Assembly (NCBI GenBank): GCA_963733195.1
Contig: CAVTCR010000032.1
Span: 1 to 58,482, forward strand
Direction: 5' to 3'
DNA length: 58,482 bases
Source: an uncultured delta proteobacterium
GTDB taxonomy: Bacteria; Desulfobacterota; Binatia; Bin18
The first letter of the stretch is position 1; every line of letters starts with the position of its first letter. Of this stretch, positions 41,178 to 51,914 are shown one piece after another. Below the pieces are notes generated by a model, which was not told the DNA's origin, ran no database searches, and worked only from the letters and a program-made list of their open reading frames with translations. The position numbers and the translations under genes were made by a program.

Positions 41178-43688
41178 CTAGGGGAAAACCATATTGACTA
41201 AGGAGTTATACCAGAGCGAGGACATAGACTGATAGCCGACGCCGTTAGGATGGAGTCCGTCAGGAAGCAGGCTGGGATTCGTCTTGTAGTAGGTATAGAA
41301 ATCCGGCGGGATCACCGTCAAACTATTCGCTACGATCAGCTCGTTAATAACCTGGTTATACTGCTGGATACGGGGATCAACACTAGGGTTGGTTTGATAG
41401 AGGACCTTCGCCAGTACCGGGATTTTTCCGGCATTGACGAATGACGTCAATGATTTGCTGCATGTTGCCTTTGAACGAGCCGAGATAACCCGATTGCCCG
41501 GGGAGTAGTCCCTGGCCACTGGGGACGTTAAAGCGGACGTCATTGGCGCCATAGAGCAGGAGGAAGTAATCCGCCTCAGAATAGGCGTTGACGATATTCG
41601 TCGACATCCCCAAGGCCGTCGGTGGACCGGTCACCAGGAATGCCTTCATTGATGATCAGAACGTTTTTCCCTCTCTGCGACGCGAAAGTGTTAGTCAAGA
41701 GAGGCGGATAGCCTGCGGCTGGCAGTGTTCCGTCTTGAAAATTATCAGAAGGAACGTTATCGCCAACACCAAAGGTAATACTGTCCCCCATGGAGACGAA
41801 CACCGCGTCCTTACCGACTCCCGGCGGGCCTGGCGTTCCCAGCACGAGATAGCCCACGGTTTCAACGGAATGGAAGGATTCGGTATCAAAAGAGTCATCC
41901 TCTTGCAGCCGCTCGTCTACCCGCCCCCTGGTCACAGTCCTAAGTCGGATAGAAAATGCTTCCTGCCCCGACAGTCGTCTGCGCTGCAGAGAGAAACAGC
42001 GGAAACACTGGCGGCCCGGCAAGGGCAGTGGCGAACCACCGGTTCGTAAAAGCATCACCGACCCCATGAGTTCCCACCTCATAGTGGAGGTCGTTGACGG
42101 TCCCGCTCCCCGGCTCCCACGCTAGGTAATGCACCGTCTCTGCCACGTGCGCCTGCGCATTGGCCTCTTGCTCCCGCAGCCGAATCTGGAACCCGGTGGT
42201 CGTGACATTGCGAATCTGCACCGCTACCGCCGACACCTCGTTCTGCGTCACCACCGTAGCGATGATGATCGGCACCGTGGTAAACGGCTGGCTAAAGGTC
42301 TTGGTCTGAAAGCCACCTCCGGTCACACTCGTGCTCTCCGCCAGCACGACTTTCCCATTGCTCAGCGTATGCCGCCCGCGCGCTATCGCCACGTAGCTCA
42401 GTTGCTCGGCGCCGTGCGTGCCGTCCTGCGCGTCCCACTCCTGGGCTTGGACTTCAAAGCCGGTAGCGGTAACGTTACGCACCCGCACCCCAGCGGGTTG
42501 GGTGTCAAAATTGCTCAAGGGACCCGCAATCACAATCGGATCGGTAATGGTCTGGCCAAAGCTCACGCTTCCCCATTGCCCTGTCACCCCGCTCACGCGC
42601 GCGGTTTTCATGACGAAATCCGCCGGTTGCAGCAATCCTATCTGCCGTAGAATCGTGAGTTGATCGACTACCGGTACATCGCCTGGTAAGCCCCAGTCGA
42701 TCGTGAAGGTGGCGGTGAAGGCGCTACTCGACGTTAACATCCACCACACCCCCGTGCTCGGTCGCCACACCGCAACGTCCGTCCTCCCATCCCCGTCATA
42801 GTCCCCAGGCACTGGCACATCGCCCGGTGAGCCCCAGCCGACTGAGAAGATGGCGGTGAAGGCGCTACTCGACGTTAACATCCACCACACCCCCGTGCTC
42901 GGTCGCCACACCGCAACGTCCGTCCTCCCATCCCCGTCATAGTCCCCGGGCACTGGCACATCGCCCGGTGAGCCCCAGCCGACTGAGAAGAAGGCGGTGA
43001 AGTTGCTACTCGACGTTAACATCCACCACACCCCCGTGCTCGGTCGCCACACCGCAACGTCCGTTCTCCCATCCCCGTCATAGTCCCCGGGCACTGGCAC
43101 ATCGCCCGGTGAGCCCCAGTCGATCGTGAAGAAGGCGGTGAAGTTGCTACTCGACGTTAACATCCACCACACCCCCGTGCTCGGTCGCCACACCGCAACG
43201 TCCGTCCTCCCATCCCCGTCATAGTCCCCGGGCACTGGCACATCGCCCGGTGAGCCCCAGCCGATCGTGAAGAAGGCGGTGAAGTTGCTACTCGACGTTA
43301 ACATCCACCACACCCCCGTGCTCGGTCGCCACACCGCAACGTCCGTCCTCCCATCCCCGTCATAGTCCCCGGGCACTGGCACATCGCCCGGTGAGCCCCA
43401 GCCGACTGAGAAGAAGGCGGTGTAGTTGCTACTCGAAGTTAACATCCACCACACCCCCGTGCTCGGTCGCCATACCGCCAGGTCCGTCCTCCCATCGCCA
43501 TTGTAATCGTTCCCTGGAGAAGTAGCTTGAGCCTGCGCCTGCACGAAAAACGAGAAAATCAGCTGGAAGGAAAGAAACAGGAAGGAATGTAACATCGTGT
43601 TCCATACCTGACCGCTTCGAGAAAAGCATGCAGTCTCCCTGACTATCACGCGCCTCCTTTGAGCTTGTTCCACCTGTGCTTCGGTCAC
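41178..43688 (-). CDS. Large secreted protein: six FG-GAP/VCBS-like repeats + lectin-like beta domains + SGNH/GDSL hydrolase (frameshifted)
   Basis: DYDGDGRTDVAVWRP repeats; NVTATGF repeats; MGDSITFG, INEGIPG, YGAND, DGLHPN spread over 4 ORF pieces. Confidence 0.8.
42670..43510. repeat. 141-bp coding tandem repeat x6 (47 aa)
   Basis: Near-identical units encoding DYDGDGRTDVAVWRPSTGVWWMLTSSSNFTAFFSVGWGSPGDVPVPG. Confidence 0.95.
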
Positions 43689-43898
43689 TATACTGTTGCT
43701 GGATCTAGTGGAGTGAAAGCACTCATCATACTTTTTGTAAAAATGTAAGAGATAAAGAGGCTCATTTTGTGTTTCTTTTTGGGCCCCACTGCCGCCGATC
43801 TCTGTCTCGACTTCGCCAGCGGTATCTTTAGAAAAAGCGGGTCGCGCGCAGTGCAGGGAGGGTTTTGCAGCGTGACAGCGACGAGGAGCTTAGTTGAT

Positions 43899-44528
43899 CT
43901 ACTCCTTCGCCCTTACCTTGGTGAACGGCCCCTCGTAGACGAATTCACAGTTATTCGTCCCGGGGCAGTCGCCGACAAAATCATTCACGATCGAGAAGCT
44001 CGCACGTCGGTGCTGAACATTACCCGAGATCAGGAGAATTGCCTCTTGAGTGCAGGAAGGACTCACCAGTGAGTCGCTCGTGGACGAAGACAGGGCGAAC
44101 TCCCCATCGGCCCCAAGATCGCCGAGGAACTCAATCCCCGCACCAGAGGTGACATAGAGGACGTCTTCATTCTGCTCCACTGTAAAATCGTGGGTGACAG
44201 TCGTCTGTTCCGCATCTTCGGGGCAGGTTGTCTGTAAGAGATCGCCAGTAAACGTCCACGTCCCGCGTATTTTGTGGGCGCTCTGAGGTAACCCTTTTCT
44301 CTTGTTGAGGAGATTCTGCTGCCTCGCTCGCCCTTTTCGGGTAACGCTTTGTTCTGGCTCGGAAGAACTAGGCGCTGTAACCGTCGCAGCAGTTCCAGTC
44401 AAGGCCTTTGCGCCCGCCGTTGTTATAGCTGTGGATGGTTGGGGGTGTTCTTGTACTCCCTGCGCGAGCACTCCGCCCGCGAACAGGCAACTCATCACCA
44501 ATAGCATGCCGGTCATCGTACGGTTCAT
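43899..44528 (-). CDS. Secreted hypothetical protein, copy 2
   Basis: 209 aa, 5 substitutions vs copy 1. Confidence 0.8.
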   Translation of the reverse strand: MNRTMTGMLLVMSCLFAGGVLAQGVQEHPQPSTAITTAGAKALTGTAATVTAPSSSEPEQSVTRKGRARQQNLLNKRKGLPQSAHKIRGTWTFTGDLLQTTCPEDAEQTTVTHDFTVEQNEDVLYVTSGAGIEFLGDLGADGEFALSSSTSDSLVSPSCTQEAILLISGNVQHRRASFSIVNDFVGDCPGTNNCEFVYEGPFTKVRAKE

Positions 44529-44616
44529 GGCTCTTTTCTCCTTTTCGTGCTTTGTAAAGCCAAGTGTATCTCAGCCTCCTGAAAGGCGGACGTTTTCTAC
44601 AGTGGATGACTTCGTC

Positions 44617-45618
44617 TCAGACCCGGAGAGGGACGTTCTGCTTGTCCTTACTCTCCCGACCGAAGAGGTCACTTAACTTTAACCCCATACTCCAGACATA
44701 CACCAAACCGAGTAAGGTAACCGGAGCCCATTGACTCGCATGGGCGACCACCGCATAGCTCAGCGCCTGCTCCTTAGGCACGGAGAAGATGGTCAACGCC
44801 AGGATCGTGAAATACTGGAAGGTGCCAATATAGCCGGGGCCGGACGGAAGTAACACACCGATGGACGTGAACACTAACACGACGAAGGACGCATACGCCG
44901 GCAATTCGAGTCCGAGAGCAAGCAGCGCCAGGTAAAAAATCGCCGCATGGGCTGCCCATAAAATGAAGGACAAGGCGCTAATCGTCATCACCGCCCGCAC
45001 ATCGCGGAGAGCCTCGGCGCCAGCGGCGAAATTCGTTACGAGTTCGATGAACTTGAGTCCGAGCCGTCGCTTCGCCCATCGGGAAGGGAGCGCCTTGATC
45101 GACACCTGTTTTCTATAGAGCACCAAAAACGTTAAGCCGAGAAGTGCCAGAAGACACAGGGCGAAAAGGCAAAGGGTGGCGCTTTGCATCCACGAGGGAA
45201 GAATCGGGAAGAAAAAGAGCGTCAGGCCGAGGACTGCGATCGCCCCCCCATCAAAAGCTCGTTCGACAACGATGGTCGCTAAGATTGCGCTTACCTTGAG
45301 TTGTTCTTTGGTGCTCAACACCAACGCTTTGCCCACCTCCCCTACCCGTAGGGGAAGAATATTATTGGCCATGAACCCGATGACGGTTGCGGCAAACAAG
45401 GTAGAGAGCTGCACTTCCTTCACAGGCCGGAGGATGATCTGCCACCGCCACGCTCTGATCCAATAGGTCGCGAGGCTGACCACTACGGCCAGGAAGACGA
45501 AGCCATAATTGATGGCGGAAAACGCCGTCTGCAATGACCCTGCGTCAATCTCCTTCACCGCCAAATAGAGGAACACCGCGGCGCAAAGAATGCCGACAAC
45601 GCCTTTTATCGCTTTCAC
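44617..45618 (-). CDS. Flippase-like (UPF0104) protein, copy 2
   Basis: 333 aa, 5 substitutions vs copy 1. Confidence 0.9.
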   Translation of the reverse strand: MKAIKGVVGILCAAVFLYLAVKEIDAGSLQTAFSAINYGFVFLAVVVSLATYWIRAWRWQIILRPVKEVQLSTLFAATVIGFMANNILPLRVGEVGKALVLSTKEQLKVSAILATIVVERAFDGGAIAVLGLTLFFFPILPSWMQSATLCLFALCLLALLGLTFLVLYRKQVSIKALPSRWAKRRLGLKFIELVTNFAAGAEALRDVRAVMTISALSFILWAAHAAIFYLALLALGLELPAYASFVVLVFTSIGVLLPSGPGYIGTFQYFTILALTIFSVPKEQALSYAVVAHASQWAPVTLLGLVYVWSMGLKLSDLFGRESKDKQNVPLRV

Positions 45619-48112
45619 AAAGAAGACTCCCTAGTTCTTGCAGAACGCTCATGTCTAACGATGATGCGCCCGGAGCTGTAACGCCGGATCGTCTGCGCCC
45701 CGTCGGAAATGACCGCGTAGACGTAATAGGCGCCCGCCGGGACGTTTGTCGTATTCCACGCCAGGCTGTCGGTCTCGTCGTCCTCACTCCTGGCCGAAAC
45801 GGCGTCCACACACACGTCGTCGAAGTATTGCCCGGGTTGACCGTAACGCATAGAGGGCGACTCCCGTGGCCCCCCGGTCTCGTGTCGCGGGCACATAACC
45901 AAGGGAACCCAGGTCGTGATACAAGACACGTCGGATCAAGCTATGATTCTCATCAAGCACTTCTCCCCGCAAGTAGACTCCCGTGGCGGCCCCGTAGCGG
46001 CGGTCTTGCGCTTCAATCTCACGCCAGTACCACCGCGCCTCGTCGTGGTCATAGCCCTCCTCCAAGAGCGTAACGTTCCCCGGTCGCTTACTCAGCAGCA
46101 GGTTACCTCGCAGGCGATAACTCGCCGGCGCTTCTAAAGTGTTGCTGTAGCGCACGGCGGGGCCCCCGAGACCGCGCTGGCGGACGGAGACGATGATGTC
46201 TTGAGCGAAGGTTGCGTTGAGCACTAGATAACTATTGACGCCCTCGGGTGTCACGACGTGATTGTCTGGTCGCTCGGGGTCGGCAACGATGCTCCACGGA
46301 GTTCTCCAGGGGCGCCAATGCTGTAGGGTGGCGGACTCGAAGTCATCAGAGAAGAGCGAGCAGATCCGGGTCCCATCGAAATTTTTGTTATCCGTGTCAT
46401 AGAACCAGGTAATGCGCGCGTCGCTGTCTGGATCGTCATCCGTCCAGCGGATGATAGCCTGGTCATCGGCAACGTGGTCAGCGCCGGGCGACACAATGAC
46501 CAGGGAAGGTGGCGCGGGAGGTAAAAATTCTTCTACCCTTACGAGCATTGAGTCCGCGCTTTCCGCGCCCTTGTTATCAACGGCCGTGAGCACAACCCTG
46601 CTAGAACCTACATGTGAGAAGGCGTGCGTGGGATTTGTCTCAGTAGAGACATGACCATCCCCGAAACTCCAGCGATAGGTGAGAGGGTCTCCATTATTAT
46701 CAAAGCTCTGCTCCCCGCGAAACTTTACCGGCGCGCCGACGGTGACGATTCGCTCTTCACTCTGAGTGATGATGGCGACCGGAGCGTCGTTGCCGTCCAC
46801 GGGCGTGCTCACGAGTGTGGTCAAACTGCCGGCTGGGGCGTGGAAGCTAACTTCTCCTTGGGTGACGGGCAAAGGTCCAAGAGCGCTTGCCCACCTACCC
46901 CCTCCCGTTTGATAGCCGTACACTTCACTCAGCCCTCTGAGATTGCGCAGCGATACTTCGACCGTCGTCGCTTCTCCGGTATTGCCAATCACTATCCCTA
47001 TGCGCTCGCTGGAAGGGTGTTGAAAGGCCGCCACATGGAGTTGAGCGGTATTTACAATCGACGCGAGATAATGGCTCGGAAATTCAATGAAGCGATTGAA
47101 GTGTTTCAGGGTGTAGTACCCAAACGATCGCGTCCCATCAGGATGAATTGCCCTGCCGGAAGCGAAACTCAGGTACCAGCTTGCTCCTGACTTGAGTTGC
47201 GCGAAGATATTGAGATCCACCTTGTCTGGCTCCAGCCAGAACTCAGTCATCCACGCCTCTAGGTCTTGACTGTTTGTCCACGCCACGGCGTCGCCGGACC
47301 CTTCTTTGCCATACAGATGGTACGAGCCGGCGGCGATTCGAGGCTTCAAACAGGGTCGGCAAGCAGTGGCGGCAGATAGGTGCGCACGAGCTCACCATGG
47401 CCAACATCTGGCGGAGCAAAGCGAACGGCTTCGAGTCCCTCCCGGGTAAACTTGTGAGCGATAGCCGTCAGGAGACGATGATGCTCATCCGCGCTCAAAA
47501 TTTTTCCATTGTGACCTTTACGGTCAGGTTCGTTGATCGAGAAGAAAATTTTATGCAGATCAATTCCATACGCATCTCTGGCATGGAGAAAGACAGCCGC
47601 GTAATCCTCGGCGACTTGCGCGTTACGCACCTCCTCCGGAACATCTAGGAGGTGAGGGATCTCTTGGTTCATTTGCCAGAATGTCGCACGCGGACACAAG
47701 AATGCGCTCGCTATGGTCGGCGAGTAAGCGGAGTCCGGCAAACCAGTTAGGGCGATTTTGTAACGTGGAGATTTCACGGTCTTTAGCAAAGATCCGGTGA
47801 TAATGCGCCCAATCAAACTGTCCTGGGTCGTCGTTGTCTCGCACCGCGAATTCACCCCCAGCCTGTTCCCATTGCAAAAACATGGGATAGCGGAGGGTGC
47901 GAAGTCGTAAGTCGTCGATAACGGCGCGTTGCACAGCCTGACTGAGAGATTGGTTACTAAAGTAGCAACCTACACCATGAACAATTTGCTGCCTCCGGCC
48001 ACCGTCCACGATGATAGTAGGCGAAGAGGGTGGAAGTGACAGCAAGTAGAAGGAGCAGGGTACCAACGGTGGCTCCAGCGAGCCAGAGGAAAGAACTGCG
48101 GTTCGTGCTCAT
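45615..48112 (-). CDS. Secreted glycoside hydrolase (GH30-like) with PKD domain (multiple frameshifts)
   Basis: Signal-like start; RQQIVHGVG, SINEPD acid/base motif, WMTEF nucleophile motif, YYTLKHFNRFI, PAGSLTTL; PKD YRWSFGDG..NPTHAF. Confidence 0.65.
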
Positions 48113-48145
48113 GAGCGCATTCGCGTGTAAGTAATGGAGAGACAC

Positions 48146-48309
48146 CCCGCCGGGGCGTCTCTCCCGCCACTAAACCCTCACTAGGGGAAAACCACATTGA
48201 CCAAGGAGTTATACCAGAGCGGGGACATGGACTGATAGCCGACGCCGTTAGGATGGAGTCCGTCAGGAAGCTGGCTGGGATTCGTCTTGAAGAAGTTGTA
48301 GAAATCCGG
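48146..48309 (-). pseudogene. Second copy of the SGNH C-terminus, cut by IS1
   Basis: High identity to 41143-41308 (PDGLHPNGVGYQSM..WYNSLVN). Confidence 0.85.
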
Positions 48310-49261
48310 GTTGTGTGCTATCCAAGTAATGCTCTCGTCGGCTACGTGCTACACTTGGCCAGGAGTAGCAATCGAGCGGAGGGGGGAGGCTTATAGCGAT
48401 TTGCATTTGGCCGCGACCTTTTTTCCTGGGAGCGCGACCGTCTCGGTCGCTTTTTCCGTCCGCTCCAAGTTGTACACAAGTGAAAACCGCTATAAGAGAG
48501 CGTTATGGTCCCGCGAGAGGCATGTCCACAATGTGGATCGACATGGTACAAGAGAAACGGCCACATTCACACTGGCAAACAAAACCACCGCTGTAAGCTG
48601 TGTGGCCGGGCCTTTGCGCCGATTCCAGAAAATCATGTCATCACGAACGAGCACCGGGCGTTGATTGAACGACTCCTGCTGGAGAGGATCTCGCTACGCG
48701 GCATCGGTCGTGCGGCGGGTGTCGGTCTCCGGTGGCTTTTACAGTTTATGGTCGATCGCTTTGCCGCTGCTCCGGATCCTCTCCATGTCCGGCCACCAGT
48801 ACGTACCTCGGCGGTGATCCTCCAGCGGCTCGAGGCCGAGGTGGACGAGCTCTGGAGCTTTGTCGGGAAGAAGGCGAACCGCCAATGGGTTTGGATTGCG
48901 ATGGACGCCATTACCCGCCAAGTCATTGCCTTTCATGTCGGCGACCGTAGTGGCCAGAGCGCTAAAGCCTTGTGGCAACAGATTCCTGCCATGTATCAGG
49001 AGCGGGCCACGTTCTACACGGATCAATATGAGGTCTACAAAGGTATCATTCCCTCAGCCCAGCATCACGCCATCTCCAAGCTGGCCCGTAAGACCAACCA
49101 TGTTGAGCGCTTCAATTGCACGTTGCGACAACGGGTCGCTCGGCTGGTGCGTGCCACGTTATCGTTCTCGAAGAAGCTCAGTAATCACCTTGGAGCCATC
49201 CGCTATTTCATTTGTGATGACAACCTCACCAAAGGTGCAGCATTACCAGGATGGCACTACC
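48309..49261 (+). mobile_element. IS1 family element, copy A (contains MITE)
   Basis: Ends gtgctatccaag / ggatggcactacc; near-identical to 52369-53216 in inverted orientation. Confidence 0.88.
48394..48492. mobile_element. 99-bp MITE with TA target duplication (IS630/mariner-type)
   Basis: TA-[tagcgatttgcattt..aagtgaaaaccgcta]-TA; the empty site gaggctTAagagag is present in IS1 copy B. Confidence 0.85.
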
Positions 49262-49311
49262 CAAAAAATGTCCGAAGTATTGTCATTGAAAACATACTCA
49301 GAAAACAGTGA
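48505..49311 (+). CDS. IS1 family transposase (single ORF)
   Basis: CPQCGS..KRNG..GKQNHRCKLCG, EVDELWSFV, FYTDQY, TNHVERFN. Confidence 0.92.
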   Translation: MVPREACPQCGSTWYKRNGHIHTGKQNHRCKLCGRAFAPIPENHVITNEHRALIERLLLERISLRGIGRAAGVGLRWLLQFMVDRFAAAPDPLHVRPPVRTSAVILQRLEAEVDELWSFVGKKANRQWVWIAMDAITRQVIAFHVGDRSGQSAKALWQQIPAMYQERATFYTDQYEVYKGIIPSAQHHAISKLARKTNHVERFNCTLRQRVARLVRATLSFSKKLSNHLGAIRYFICDDNLTKGAALPGWHYPKNVRSIVIENILRKQ

Positions 49312-49348
49312 CAGGTTTCGTCTGTCATCCTTGATTGAGAAGGCTTCA

Positions 49349-51202
49349 ATGCAACCCACCTATATCCTCGGCATCTCCGCATTTTATCATGATAGCGCGG
49401 CGTGTCTCGTGCGTGATGGCGAGATTGTCGCCGCCGCCCAAGAAGAACGCTTCACCCGCAAGAAACACGATTCCAGCTTCCCTAGGCATGCGGCGCGCTA
49501 TTGCCTCCGAGAGGGCTCTATATCTCTGGCGGACCTGAGTTACATCGTGTTTTACGATAAACCGTTGGTCAAATTCGAGCGCTTACTGGAAACCTATCTC
49601 ACGTTCGCCCCGCGGGGGTATCGGTCTTTCATGGCCGCTATGCCGGTCTGGCTGAAGGAGAAGATGTGGTTGAAAGAGTTGCTGCTGAAGGAGTTCGTGA
49701 CACTCTCTGGAGGACTGAAAAAGTCCGCGCTCCCGCAAATATTGTTTAACGAGCACCACGAATCGCACGCGGCGTCGGCTTTCTATCCATCGCCGTATAA
49801 TACGGCCGCGGTACTCTGCATGGACGGGGTTGGGGAATGGGCCACCACTTCGGCCTGGCTTGGCCGCGGCAACGTCCTCATCCCGTTGTGGGAGATCCCA
49901 TTTCCACACTCTCTTGGTCTGCTCTACTCCGCGTTTACCTATTACACTGGATTTAAAGTCAATTCTGGTGAATACAAGGTGATGGGTCTCGCTCCCTACG
50001 GACAGCCTAGGTATGTCAAAACCATTTACGACCACTTAATCGACCTCAAGACAGACGGAACTTTCCGGCTTAACATGGATTATTTCAATTACTGCGCTGG
50101 ACTAACCATGACAAACGGAGAGTTTAATACCCTATTTGGCGGCCCGCCCAGACCGCCTGAGGCGCTGCTCACGCAGCGGGAGATGGATCTGGCCTGTTCA
50201 ATCCAAGAAGTCACCGAAGAGGTGATGTTGCGTTTAGCTAAGACCTTGCACCGTGAAACGGGTGCTGAGAACCTTTGTCTGGCGGGCGGCGTAGCCCTCA
50301 ATTGTGTGGGCAATGGAAGAATTCTACGCGAAGGCCCCTTTAGAAGCATATGGATTCAGCCGGCTGCGGGAGATGCGGGCGGCGCCGTAGGCGCTGCCTT
50401 AGCTGCTTGGTACCAATTTGAGGGGAAGCATCGGGAACCTCACGGCGACGGCGATAGCATGAGGGGTGCTTTCTTGGGGCCATCTTTCTCGAATGAGGAG
50501 ATTGAGCGGTTCCTCAACAACATCGATGCTCCATATAAACGTCTGAGTGATGAGGCGCTATTCACTGAAGTAGGGAGCGAGCTGGCGGCTGGCAAGGTTG
50601 TAGGGTGGTTCCAAGGCCGCATGGAATTCGGGCCGCGAGCACTCGGCGGACGGAGTATCCTCGGGGACGCGCGAAGTCCAAAGATGCAATCGGTGATGAA
50701 CCTCAAGATCAAGTACCGAGAGTCCTTCCGACCCTTTGCTCCGTCCGTGCTACGGGAACGACTGTCGGACTACTTCGCGTTGGATACGGATAGCCCTTAT
50801 ATGTTGTTGGTGGCCCCTGTGGCGGAAGGGCGTCGCGTAGCAGCGACCGAAGAACAGAGAACCTTATGGGGGATCGACCTGCTAAACGTGCCTCGGTCAG
50901 ATATCCCCGCTGTCACTCATATAGATTACTCGGCTCGCATCCAGACTGTCCACGCCGAGACGAATCCCCGATATTACAAGTTGATTAAGGCTTTCGAGAT
51001 TCAGACCGGCTATGGCGTGATTGTTAACACCTCGTTTAACGTTCGGGGAGAACCAATTGTCTGTCGCCCGGAGGACGCGTACCGCTGTTTCATGCGCACC
51101 GAAATGGATGTTCTGGTGCTGGAAAACTGCGTATTACACAAAGCCGATCAGCGGCCTTTAGTGGGGGATGCCGACTGGAGAAAAGAGTTCGAGTTAGATT
51201 AA
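49349..51202 (+). CDS. Carbamoyltransferase (NodU/CmcH/SxtI family)
   Basis: ILGISAFYHDSAA, EERFTRKKHD, EHHESHA, GGVALNC, EFGPRALG, RESFRPFAP, NTSFNVRGEP. Confidence 0.96.
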   Translation: MQPTYILGISAFYHDSAACLVRDGEIVAAAQEERFTRKKHDSSFPRHAARYCLREGSISLADLSYIVFYDKPLVKFERLLETYLTFAPRGYRSFMAAMPVWLKEKMWLKELLLKEFVTLSGGLKKSALPQILFNEHHESHAASAFYPSPYNTAAVLCMDGVGEWATTSAWLGRGNVLIPLWEIPFPHSLGLLYSAFTYYTGFKVNSGEYKVMGLAPYGQPRYVKTIYDHLIDLKTDGTFRLNMDYFNYCAGLTMTNGEFNTLFGGPPRPPEALLTQREMDLACSIQEVTEEVMLRLAKTLHRETGAENLCLAGGVALNCVGNGRILREGPFRSIWIQPAAGDAGGAVGAALAAWYQFEGKHREPHGDGDSMRGAFLGPSFSNEEIERFLNNIDAPYKRLSDEALFTEVGSELAAGKVVGWFQGRMEFGPRALGGRSILGDARSPKMQSVMNLKIKYRESFRPFAPSVLRERLSDYFALDTDSPYMLLVAPVAEGRRVAATEEQRTLWGIDLLNVPRSDIPAVTHIDYSARIQTVHAETNPRYYKLIKAFEIQTGYGVIVNTSFNVRGEPIVCRPEDAYRCFMRTEMDVLVLENCVLHKADQRPLVGDADWRKEFELD

Positions 51203-51212
51203 GGGAGAGCTA

Positions 51213-51608
51213 ATGAATAGCGAAACTGAAGTCAAGCAGCTTCGCTCCTTCGGCTTTATTGTTGGGGGAGGTTTTGCGATTATCGCTCTGTGGCCGGCAG
51301 TGTTCCGCGGCGGGCAACCTCGATTGTGGTTGCTGACTCTCGCCGGAGTACTGCTGACTCTAGCTATCCTATTACCCGGAAGCCTAAGACCCGCCTATCG
51401 AGTATGGATGGCTATCGGCCACGTTTTGGGGTGGGTGAACACGAAGATCATCCTTAGTGTAATCTTTTATACATTGTTCACGCCCGTGGGTTTGGTCATG
51501 CGTCTACTGGGTAAAGACCCTATGCTGCGCAAATTTGAGCGTAATACTGACACCTATCGGGTCATGCGACAGCCACGGCCAAATTCCCACATGAAACGCC
51601 AATTTTAA
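51213..51608 (+). CDS. SxtJ family membrane protein
   Basis: LRSFG, WMAIGHVLGWVNTKIIL..TPVGL..GKDPM, HMKRQF. Confidence 0.9.
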   Translation: MNSETEVKQLRSFGFIVGGGFAIIALWPAVFRGGQPRLWLLTLAGVLLTLAILLPGSLRPAYRVWMAIGHVLGWVNTKIILSVIFYTLFTPVGLVMRLLGKDPMLRKFERNTDTYRVMRQPRPNSHMKRQF

Positions 51609-51626
51609 CCTTGCGGAGGCTTACTC

Positions 51627-51779
51627 ATGGGTGAGTTGATCATGGAACTGTGGGGATTCATGAAGGAGCGTAAGAAATTTTGGCTATTGCCACTGATCAT
51701 CGTGCTAATGCTCTTTAGCGCCCTGATCGTCCTGACACAGGGTTCTGCGGTAGCCCCCTTTATCTATACCCTGTTTTAA
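51627..51779 (+). CDS. SxtK-like/DUF5989 small membrane protein (50 aa, below ORF-track cutoff)
   Basis: MGELIMELWGFMKERKKFWLLPLIIVLMLFSALIVLTQGSAVAPFIYTLF; GGAGG RBS. Confidence 0.9.
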   Translation: MGELIMELWGFMKERKKFWLLPLIIVLMLFSALIVLTQGSAVAPFIYTLF

Positions 51780-51914
51780 TCTTTCCGAGCTTTAGAAATT
51801 TCGTAGGGACGGTTCGCAGGCTGCGCACGAATGAGGGCAAGGTCTACACGAGGTGACAATTGCGGGGATTAGTAAAATACCGGCGTTTCATGTGGCTTCT
51901 CCCCCTCTCTTGTA

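Larger units (their letters stand above)
43877..45745. repeat. Copy 2 of the 1.87-kb direct repeat
   Basis: See copy 1. Confidence 0.95.

Noticed and set aside
42670-43510. 141-bp repeats as CRISPR or DGR template/variable repeats
   Set aside because: They encode FG-GAP-like blades, have no spacers, and there is no reverse transcriptase in the window.
48860-51202. 780-aa IS1-carbamoyltransferase fusion
   Set aside because: The first 163 aa are an alternate reading frame mostly within IS1; family homology starts at MQPTYILGIS (49349).
49349-51779. Saxitoxin biosynthesis cluster
   Set aside because: Only the widespread sxtI/J/K-like triad is present. There is no sxtA or sxtG, and the context is surface-glycan modification.
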